Of a stretch of DNA of 64,000 nt, positions 28,808-37,500 are shown one piece after another. The notes under the pieces were generated by a model. It made no database searches. It saw only the letters and a program-made list of their open reading frames with translations, and was not told the DNA's origin. This DNA comes from Candidatus Omnitrophota bacterium. GTDB taxonomy: Bacteria > Omnitrophota > Gorgyraeia > JABMRN01 > RBG-13-46-9. The stretch's first letter is position 1. Each line of letters starts with the position of its first letter. The translations under genes and the position numbers were made by a program. The stretch covers positions 1,554 through 65,553 of the forward strand of contig JBDRHE010000008.1 of the NCBI GenBank assembly GCA_043817155.1, given 5' to 3'.

Positions 28808-28845
28808 GATGCCCGCGTACGATGAATACGCGGGCATCTTATTTT
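28808..28845 (+). terminator. Rho-independent terminator
   Basis: GATGCCCGCGTA-CGATGAA-TACGCGGGCATC followed by TTATTTT. Confidence 0.7.
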
Positions 28846-29032
28846 GACGTTGTTGTCCTGCCGATTAGACAATGTAGTTGTCTCCCCAAAGACGGTTTTA
28901 ATTGTTGCTTTAATCTTATAACTTGCTATAATTGATTACACGGATTTTTTTGCATCCAAAGGGATGCAACTTAGATTACACAGATGGCGTTTCAATCTGT
29001 GTAATCAAAATGTTATAAGCTCCACAGAATCC

Positions 29033-29080
29033 CTGCCTGCCCGCCAAGACTTCACATTGGCAGGCGGGCCGGCAGGCAGG
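29033..29080. repeat. CCTGCCTGCC...GGCAGGCAGG palindromic repeat (an inverse copy of the one at 16396-16443), flanked by GATTACAC motifs
   Basis: Its reverse complement matches 16396-16443 nearly exactly. Confidence 0.8.
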
Positions 29081-29109
29081 TGTGTAATCATATAAAGAAA
29101 GGAAATATC

Positions 29110-30444
29110 ATGGAAAAAAATAAATTGACAAAAAAGGATATCTTAAAGATCGCAAAAGAGAAGGATATTAAATTCATAAGACTCTGGTTTGCCGATATCA
29201 CCGGTCAGATGAAGGGCTTCGCTATAACGCGCGAAGAGCTGGAGAACGCACTGGAAGATGGCATGGGTTTTGACGGCTCATCAATAAAAGGATTTGCGCG
29301 TATCGATGAATCCGATATGGTCGCCATGCCGGATACATCAACATTTATTATACTGCCATACAGGCCCAAAGAGAAGGCCGTTGCAGGGATGCTCTGTAAT
29401 GTGTTGAATCCTGACAGAACCCCGTATCAGGGAGATTCGCGCTATATACTAAAGAAGAACCTGGAGAGCGCAAAGAAGGAAGGATACACATTCAACATAG
29501 GTCCGGAACTGGAATTCTTTATATTTAAAAACGATAAGTCTACTGAGACCCTGGATGAGGGCGGGTACTTCGATATAACTACACTGGATGCTGCCAATGA
29601 AGTTAGACGCGAGATCATCCTGACTCTTGAACAGATGGGTATCCAGGTAGAGTATTCTCATCACGAGGTTGCACCCTCACAACATGAGATAGATCTCAGG
29701 TATAAGGAAGCGATGTCCATGGCCGACACAGTCATGCTCTACAGGATGGTGGTAAAAGAGATAGCTCAAAAGCACGGTTTTTACGCTACGTTTATGCCGA
29801 AGCCGATATTCGGCCAAAATGGAAGCGGCATGCATACGCACCAGTCGCTCTTTAAAGGGAGCAAGAACGTTTTCTTTAATCCTAAGGATAAGTACCACCT
29901 TTCAAAAGAAGGAAAGTCTTATATCGCGGGAATCTTGAAACACTCAAGAGAGATAACCCTGGTCTGCAACCAGTGGGTAAATTCCTACAAGAGACTGGTG
30001 CCGGGTTATGAAGCCCCTGTTTATATTTGCTGGGCAAGACGCAACAGGAGCGCGCTTGTAAGGGTCCCTATGTATCAACCCGGCAAAGAGAAGGCGACGA
30101 GAATAGAGTTTAGATCGCCGGATCCGTCCTGCAACCCGTATCTGGCATTTGCCACCATGCTTGCGGCCGGTCTTAAAGGTATGAAGGAGAATTACACTCT
30201 TGCGGAACCTATGGAGAGGGATGTATATCACTTAAGCCCGGATGATCTTAAGAAGCTAAAGGTCGGCTGCCTGCCCGGAAGCCTTATAGAAGCTATAGAG
30301 ATCGCAGAAGGTAGCTCGCTTCTAAAGGAAGCTCTGGGAGACCACATATTTAACAATCTCATCATGAGCAAGAAGATCGAGTGGGACGAATACAGGAAGA
30401 GAGTTCACGACTACGAGATCAAGACATACTTGCCAATATTATAA
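29110..30444 (+). CDS. glnA: Glutamine synthetase type I
   Basis: GS-I signatures throughout (FDGSSIKGF, the ATP-binding KPIFGQNGSGMHTHQS, NPYLAFA). 444 aa from MEKNKLTKKDI, with an RBS AAAGGAAAT. Confidence 0.85.
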   Translation: MEKNKLTKKDILKIAKEKDIKFIRLWFADITGQMKGFAITREELENALEDGMGFDGSSIKGFARIDESDMVAMPDTSTFIILPYRPKEKAVAGMLCNVLNPDRTPYQGDSRYILKKNLESAKKEGYTFNIGPELEFFIFKNDKSTETLDEGGYFDITTLDAANEVRREIILTLEQMGIQVEYSHHEVAPSQHEIDLRYKEAMSMADTVMLYRMVVKEIAQKHGFYATFMPKPIFGQNGSGMHTHQSLFKGSKNVFFNPKDKYHLSKEGKSYIAGILKHSREITLVCNQWVNSYKRLVPGYEAPVYICWARRNRSALVRVPMYQPGKEKATRIEFRSPDPSCNPYLAFATMLAAGLKGMKENYTLAEPMERDVYHLSPDDLKKLKVGCLPGSLIEAIEIAEGSSLLKEALGDHIFNNLIMSKKIEWDEYRKRVHDYEIKTYLPIL

Positions 30445-30595
30445 CAGCTTCTTAGCTTATTAGCTTTTTAGCTTCTTAGCGTTCTAGGATAACCCACAAG
30501 CCTATCCTAATAAGCTAGAACGTTAGTAAGCGAAAAAAGAATTTCCTAAAAAGGTAGTAAGCTAATTAGCCGGAACGTCAGTTAGCGAGCAATCC

Positions 30596-31300
30596 ATGGC
30601 ACCATCTTCATATAAAGCATATATCAAAACACTGAGCGAGATAAGTAGCGCGATAACGTCCGATCTCTATTTGGGGGATGTTCTCAAACTTATCGTTACA
30701 TTGACTGCAAATGTAATGAAGGCAAAGATATGCGCGCTCTGGCTGCTTGATAAGAAGAAGCGGGAGCTCAAGATACGCGCTACCCAGGCGATGAGCGAAG
30801 AGTATTTAAAGGAGAGAAGTATTAAGGTGGGGGAAGGGATAGTCGGCCTGGTTGCGGAAGAGAAGAAGCCTCTAATGATAAATAATGTACTGGACGATCC
30901 CAGATACAAGGAGAAGAGATTGGCAAGAAAAGAGGGTCTTGTCTCCATGCTCAGCGTTCCCATGATGGTTAAAAAAGAGGTTATAGGTGTAATAAATTGT
31001 TACACGACCACTCCATACAAATTTACGAAGAGCGATATAGATCTTCTGAGCGCGGTAGCAAATCAGGCCGCGGTCGCGATTGAAAATACCGAGCTTATGG
31101 TTAGAACTAAGGTTATCCAGGAAGAGCTGGATGCCAGAAAGAAGGTGGAGAAGGCCAAGGGGATACTAATGAAGGAACAGGGGCTTACCGAGGAAGAGGC
31201 GTATAACCTTATACGAACATCGAGCATGGATAGGCGCGTTCACATGAAGGACATAGCGGAAGCCATCATCCTCTCCCACGACGTGAAAAAAAATATATAA
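30596..31300 (+). CDS. GAF plus ANTAR domain RNA-binding antiterminator-type regulator
   Basis: The N-terminal GAF domain is about 150 aa. The C-terminal ANTAR domain is ELDARKKVEKAKGILMKEQGLTEEEAYNLIRTSSMDRRVHMKDIAEAII. The exact start is uncertain because there is no obvious RBS at 30596. Confidence 0.7.
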   Translation: MAPSSYKAYIKTLSEISSAITSDLYLGDVLKLIVTLTANVMKAKICALWLLDKKKRELKIRATQAMSEEYLKERSIKVGEGIVGLVAEEKKPLMINNVLDDPRYKEKRLARKEGLVSMLSVPMMVKKEVIGVINCYTTTPYKFTKSDIDLLSAVANQAAVAIENTELMVRTKVIQEELDARKKVEKAKGILMKEQGLTEEEAYNLIRTSSMDRRVHMKDIAEAIILSHDVKKNI

Positions 31301-31301
31301 T

Positions 31302-31462
31302 GGGTGAGTGAATAGGGATTCGTCCAAGTTGTCATCCCCGCGGAAGCGGGGATCCAGAGCGGACTCGCCAAGAGTGTATCTATGGATTCCCGCCTGCCTG
31401 CTTGCCGCAGGCGGGCAGGCTTGCGCGGGAATGACAAACAAAAAACCTATAAAGACTCACCT
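31302..31462. repeat. MITE-like palindromic element, copy B
   Basis: GGGTGAGTG at the 5' end and GACTCACCT at the 3' end (terminal inverted repeat). Its internal hairpins are identical to copy A. Confidence 0.7.
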
Positions 31463-31486
31463 AGCATAAGAATTTATAAAAAGATC

Positions 31487-31515
31487 TTGACAAAAACAGA
31501 GTTGCATGTTAAGAT
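31487..31515 (+). promoter_or_regulatory. Sigma70-like promoter for the porin-amt-PII operon
   Basis: TTGACA (31487-31492), a 17-bp spacer and TAAGAT (31510-31515). Downstream is a roughly 240-nt leader with hairpin-plus-U-tract structures. Confidence 0.5.
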
Positions 31516-31754
31516 CGTTGCGTTAGACAAAGAAGTTAATAAGGCATAGAAGCTCGGGTATAGATCCCGGGTTATTTTTTTGGCGAAGACGCCCTTTTTT
31601 AGGCAAAGATAGGCCTGGAAAAGGGCTTTTTTTTCAATGAGCGCATAATTTATGGAATGAAATGAACATAAATTAGAGCGCGAATTGAATCCGCCGAAGC
31701 TAAACACATATGTATTTAGCGAAGGCGGATCTAATTGAATAAGGGAGAATAACA

Positions 31755-32528
31755 ATGAGACTTACAAAGGACATAAATATAATTTTCTTATTAACATTTT
31801 TGGCTTTCACTTGCGTGTTTGCACAATATGGATTTTCAGCTGAGGAGGGGAAACCGGAATGGGCACCCGACATATCGGGCGCCATTACATTTGAGACTAA
31901 GTATGTATGGAGGGGGCAGACTCTGCTTGATGACTACGTTATGCAGCCGGAAGCCTCGATAGGAAAATACGGGTTCACATTCTCAGTGTGGGGAAATTAC
32001 GATACGGGGGTCGCTGATAAGCTTACGGAGTGGGATTATACATTTGACTATACCTTTAATATAGGGGATGCCAGGGAGGCGCTCAATATGGGTGATGATC
32101 TCCTTCATTTCGTGGACCCGTTAAGTGTATCTTCAGGGTATATCCTGTATACGTTCCCCCATCTTAGCGGTGAGGCATTCGAGTCCCATGAATTCTATTG
32201 GGGGCTTGCTTATGATATATTGTTACAGCCCTTCATAACAGTCTATTATGATTTCGATGACGGCAGAGGCGCCTATTTAGAATTCGGAGGAAGTCATACT
32301 TTCGAATTCCAGGATGGCATAACTGCGGATGTCGGAATAACTACGGGGTATAACGCAGGGCAATGGAGATACGACAAGAGCTTCAGCAATCTACTATTTT
32401 CAGGTGAGGTAAGCATTCCGTTCTTGAAGTATTTTAGCGTTTCACCAAATGTAAACTATTCACTTGCGCTTGATGATCAATATCATTCTGAGTTCTATGG
32501 CGGAGTGAAAGTGAGCGTCGAGTATTAA
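31755..32528 (+). CDS. Outer-membrane beta-barrel (porin-like) protein encoded immediately upstream of amt
   Basis: Signal peptide. Alternating amphipathic beta-strand pattern and a C-terminal aromatic-rich strand (GVKVSVEY). Confidence 0.5.
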   Translation: MRLTKDINIIFLLTFLAFTCVFAQYGFSAEEGKPEWAPDISGAITFETKYVWRGQTLLDDYVMQPEASIGKYGFTFSVWGNYDTGVADKLTEWDYTFDYTFNIGDAREALNMGDDLLHFVDPLSVSSGYILYTFPHLSGEAFESHEFYWGLAYDILLQPFITVYYDFDDGRGAYLEFGGSHTFEFQDGITADVGITTGYNAGQWRYDKSFSNLLFSGEVSIPFLKYFSVSPNVNYSLALDDQYHSEFYGGVKVSVEY

Positions 32529-32545
32529 GAAGAAAGGAGCAAATC

Positions 32546-33808
32546 ATGTCAGAGAATACAATTTATGCATCATTAGCCGGAGTCGACACGTTGTGGGTTC
32601 TCATAGCCGCATTCCTTGTCTTCTTTATGCAGGCGGGATTCGGCATGGTTGAAGCCGGTTTCATAAGAGCCAAAAACACGTGCAACATATTAACCAAAAA
32701 CTTCCTGGACTTCTGTATGGCAACACTCGGTTTCTTCATATTTGGCTATGCCATAATGTTTGGATCAGGGAATGGTTTTATGGGATTTAAGGGATGGTTT
32801 CTGACCGGAGCCGAATCCGGGGCGGATATACCCCTCTTTGCTTTCTGGTTATTCCAGGCAGCCTTTTGTGGCGCAGCTGCGACCATTGTAGCCGGGGGTA
32901 TGGCTGAAAGGATGAAGTTCTCAGCTTACCTTATATACTCATTCATAATATCCGCTTTTATCTATCCTATAGTAGGTCACTGGATATGGGGCGGGGGTTG
33001 GCTTGCAAACCTTAATTTTGCGGATTTTGCAGGGTCGACTGTTGTTCATATGGTAGGCGGATTTGCCGCTTTGATAGGAACCATTGTCCTGAAACCGAGG
33101 ATCGGAAAATACAATATAGATGGGTCGGCCAATGCCATAGCCGGGCACTCTATACCGCTTGCGTCCCTAGGCGTATTTATATTATGGTTTGGTTGGTTTG
33201 GGTTCAATCCGGGATCAACGCTCAGTGTCGGGAATGGGAGCTTGATAGCAAGGGTCGCGATCAATACCAATCTGGCTGCAGCAGCCGGAGGAATATTGGC
33301 AATGATCACTGTGTGGCGGATGTTTGGTAAACCTGATCTATCGATGGCAATGAATGGCGCTTTAGCCGGGCTTGTAGCTGTTACTGCACCATGTGCGTAT
33401 ATTGAGCCATGGGCAGCTATAATTATTGGCGCCATTGGTGGCGTAATAGTTGTGCTGGGCGTGGTCTTACTTGATAAGTTGAAGATAGATGATCCTGTTG
33501 GAGCAGTCCCTGTCCATGGATTAAACGGTATATGGGGAACGCTCTCCATTGGACTATTCGGCCAGAAAGCATTAGGAGTAGCGACTGATGGATTATTTTA
33601 TGGAGGGGGTCTAAAACAACTGGGAATTCAGGCATTAGGAGTGAGTGCGGTTGTTGTATTCATTCTACTTGCTATGGGCATTGTCTTTGTTGCGATAGAC
33701 AAGATTATAGGTCTTAGAGTAACAAGGGACGAAGAGCTTAAAGGTCTGGACATAGGCGAGCACGGTATGGAATCTTATTCGGGATTCCAGATTTTTACTA
33801 CGGAATAG
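32546..33808 (+). CDS. amt: Ammonium transporter (Amt family)
   Basis: Amt signature segments (DFAGSTVVHMVGGFAALIGTIVLKPRIG, the twin-His region). 11 TM. Confidence 0.85.
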   Translation: MSENTIYASLAGVDTLWVLIAAFLVFFMQAGFGMVEAGFIRAKNTCNILTKNFLDFCMATLGFFIFGYAIMFGSGNGFMGFKGWFLTGAESGADIPLFAFWLFQAAFCGAAATIVAGGMAERMKFSAYLIYSFIISAFIYPIVGHWIWGGGWLANLNFADFAGSTVVHMVGGFAALIGTIVLKPRIGKYNIDGSANAIAGHSIPLASLGVFILWFGWFGFNPGSTLSVGNGSLIARVAINTNLAAAAGGILAMITVWRMFGKPDLSMAMNGALAGLVAVTAPCAYIEPWAAIIIGAIGGVIVVLGVVLLDKLKIDDPVGAVPVHGLNGIWGTLSIGLFGQKALGVATDGLFYGGGLKQLGIQALGVSAVVVFILLAMGIVFVAIDKIIGLRVTRDEELKGLDIGEHGMESYSGFQIFTTE

Positions 33809-33968
33809 TTCGACAGATGGGAGAACTACTATGGTTAAGCTACGAAGGACGATGGACGAAAGACGAAGGACGATTCGTAAAATAATGCTTGACGGATGAT
33901 AGCAAAAATAAGACAGCTTAGGTTAGTTATCTCTGATTTCTAAACTTTAAAAAGAAAGGAACTATAAA

Positions 33969-34310
33969 ATGAAACTGATAATAGCCATGATACAGCCGCA
34001 TAAGTTACCCGATGTAAAGAAAGCCCTTTATGATGCAGAAGTACACAAGATGACGGTTACCAACGCTCTAGGTTGTGGACAACAGAAAGGCTATACCGAA
34101 ACATATAGAGGCGTAATCCACGATATCAATCTGCTAAAGAAGGTAAAGCTTGAGATCGCGGTAAACGAGGATTATGTCGAACCCACTATCGACGCCATTA
34201 TAAAAGGAGCAAGAACCGGTAAAATCGGGGATGGTAAGATATTTGTGCTGGACTTACCCGAATGCATAAGAATACGAACGGGTGAAAAAGGCAACAAGGC
34301 GATAGGGTAG
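33969..34310 (+). CDS. glnK: Nitrogen regulatory protein P-II
   Basis: 113 aa. The T-loop region TETYRG and the conserved GDGKIFV. It lies 160 bp downstream of amt. Confidence 0.85.
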   Translation: MKLIIAMIQPHKLPDVKKALYDAEVHKMTVTNALGCGQQKGYTETYRGVIHDINLLKKVKLEIAVNEDYVEPTIDAIIKGARTGKIGDGKIFVLDLPECIRIRTGEKGNKAIG

Positions 34311-34324
34311 TTTTTAGAAAGATT

Positions 34325-34486
34325 ACGTCTTGTTCTCCCCGCACCTTCCCATATGTCATCTTCGCGAAAGCGGGGATCCAGAGGGGACTCGTAGAGGGTC
34401 CATCCATGGATTCCCGCCTGCCTGCTTGCCGCAGGCGGGCAGGCTTTCGCGGGAATGACAGAGAGAGAACCCATGAAGACTCGATC
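34325..34486. repeat. MITE-like palindromic element, copy C (5' end degenerate)
   Basis: GTCATCTTCGCGAAAGCGGGGATCC ... GGATTCCCGCCTGCCTGCTTGCCGCAGGCGGGCAGGCTTTCGCGGGAATGACA ... GAAGACTCGAT. Confidence 0.7.
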
Positions 34487-34551
34487 ATTACATAAGATTA
34501 GAAAACTTGCTATCAATGCAAAAAGGTTTAAGATATAATTAAGGCATCAAT

Positions 34552-37500
34552 ATGATACATAGTCACTTACCCAAAAAACAGGGCCTCTATGACCCGCGAT
34601 TCGAAAAGGATTCGTGTGGCGTGGGATTTGTTTGCGATATTAAAGGCATTAAAACCAATAATATCGTTAAGCAGGGTCTTAAGGTGCTCGAAAGATTGGC
34701 CCATCGGGGAGCGGTCGGAGCCGATCCGAAGACAGGTGATGGCGCCGGGATCCTTATACAGATACCGCATGAATTCTTTTCACACGCATGTAAAGAGCAG
34801 TCAATTACCCTGGGCCCTTCCGGGAGCTATGGAACCGGACTGGTCTTCTTGCCGCAAGATGAGAAGCAGCGCCAGATCTGTAAAGATGTATTCTCAAAGG
34901 TTGTAAAGGATGAAGGACAGAAGCTTCTCGGTTGGCGTACCGTGCCTGTTGATAGCTCTACCGTAGGAAAGGTGGCAAGAAACACCCAGCCTGCTATTGA
35001 ACAGATATTTATTTCTAAGAGCGATCACATAAAATCAGAACTTGATTTTGAAAGAAGACTTTATATTATCAGAAAGAGAACCGAGAATACCCTAAGAGAT
35101 GCCAAGCTAAAACAAGGATCATTCTTCTATATAACTAATATATCATGTCGTACATTTTCCTATAAAGGGCTTCTGATGCCGCATCAGCTGGGCGAATTCT
35201 TTCTCGACCTAAAGGATGAGCGCATAAAAAGCTCTTTATGCCTTGTGCATTCCCGCTACAGTACAAATACATTCCCCACATGGGATCTCTCCCAACCATT
35301 TAGATTTTTAGCTCATAACGGGGAGATAAATACGCTGCACGGTAATATTAACTGGATGCGCGCCAGGGAGGGGTTGCTAAAGAGCCGATTGTTTGGCAAA
35401 GACATAGAAAAACTGAAACCTGTAATTGTGCCAGGGGGAAGTGATTCTGCGACCATAGATAATGTATTTGAGCTTCTTGTCCTATCGGGTAGGTCGCTTG
35501 AGCACGCTATGACTATGCTTGTGCCGTCTGCATGGGGGAAATACACATTAATTGATGATAATCTCAAGTCTTTCTTCAGATATCACGCCTGTTTTATGGA
35601 GCCTTGGGACGGGCCTGCAGCCATTGCTTTTACGGATGGAACCCGCATAGGCGCTGTTCTTGACAGGAATGGCTTACGGCCGGCCCGTTATATTATAACG
35701 AAGGATGGACTTGTTGCGCTGGCTTCAGAGGTGGGGGTACTTGATATAAAGCCTGAAGATATCAGGACTTCAGGCAGGCTTGAGCCCGGGAAGATGCTCT
35801 TTATTGATACCGAGCGGGGGCGCGTCGTTGATGATAAGGAGATCAAAGAGAGTATAGCAACCCATGCCCCATATGGCAAGTGGAACAAAAAATACATGGT
35901 GGAACTCGATAAGCTATCCGCTCCGCGAATAAAAAAGAAGAAAGAGATGCTTGGTATCCTGGCGGCGCAAAAGGCATTTGGTTATACCAGAGAAGATATC
36001 AACGTTATCCTAAAGCCTATGGCGGTATCCGGTAAGGAGCCTATCGGATCTATGGGAAACGATACGCCGCTTGCAGTTCTCTCAAAGAGGCCGAACCTGC
36101 TTTATAACTATTTTAAACAGCTCTTTGCGCAGGTTACAAATCCGGCCATAGACTCTATTAGAGAAGACTTTGTGATGAGCATAAGGAGTTTTATAGGCAC
36201 GCAGCGAAATATGCTTGATGAGACCGAAGAACATTGCATTAAGCTGGATGTGAAGGAACCCGTTCTTTCTGACGACGACGTTGCCAAGATCCGCAGCTTG
36301 AAAAGAAAAGGATTCAGAGCAAAGACAATATCGATGCTCTATGATGTGTCGGGTAAGAGGGCCTTTCTAAAGGCCCTGGATAGGATATGCCGGGATGCTG
36401 AAACTGCTGTCAAGAAGGGGTTTTCATTTATTATCTTGAGCGATAAAGGTGTTAACAGAAAGCAGGCGGCGCTGCCGGCACTTCTTGCTACCGGCTGCCT
36501 GCATCATCATCTGGTGAGAATGGCCGTGCGAACTCAAGTCGGCATCATTATTGAGAGCGCAGAACCCCGTGAAGTATTTCACTTTGCGCTTCTCTTTGGC
36601 TACGGGGCCGATTGTATTAACCCGTATCTTGCGTATAGCACGCTGGGGCAGCTTATCAAAGAGAAAGATCTGAAGCTACCGCTTAAAGCAGCGGTCAAGA
36701 ATTACAGGAAGGCTGTTCGTGGCGGAATCCTGAAGATAATGTCGAAGATGGGTATATCTACGATACGAAGCTACAAAGGCGCCCAGATATTTGAAGCCCT
36801 CGGCCTTAGCGAAGAGGTAATTGAGCGTTGTTTCGCAGGGACCAATTCCCGTATAGACGGGATCGGATTTAATATTATCGCCGAAGAGACAAGCGCGCGG
36901 CACCTGGAAGCTTTTGCGGATAAAGAGGGTGGCGCGGAGTTTCTTGCCACGGGCGGGCTCTATCAGTGGAAGAGGGACGGGGAATACCACCTGTGGAATC
37001 CCGAAAGCATTGCGTGTCTCCAGGACGCGACGCGAAAGAACGATTACAACGCATACAAGAGATTTGCTAATATGATAAATGACCAATCGAGTAATCCGAC
37101 AACGCTGAGAAGCCTTCTTAGGTTTCGCAAGGCCGAACCTATAGCCATAAACGAGGTTGAATCCGTAGAATATATAGTGAAGCGCTTTGCCACCGGCGCG
37201 ATGAGTTTCGGATCGATCAGCGGATCGATGCATGAGACACTGGCAATAGCGATGAACAGATTGGGTGCGAAATCGAATACGGGAGAAGGGGGAGAAGACC
37301 CTGCAAGATTCCAGCCACTCCCAAATGGCGATTCTGCCAGAAGCGCCATAAAGCAGGTTGCTTCGGGCAGGTTCGGTGTGACTACAAACTATCTGATAAA
37401 TGCAGATGAACTTCAGATAAAGATCGCTCAAGGGGCGAAACCCGGGGAAGGCGGGCAATTGCCGGGACACAAAGTGAGCGCGATCATTGCCAAAACAAGA

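Noticed and set aside
33850-33885. Glutamine riboswitch (glnA RNA motif) assignment for the GACGA tract
   Set aside because: I cannot reproduce the Rfam consensus from memory with enough confidence, and the tract looks more like simple heptamer repeats. It is kept only as a test to run.
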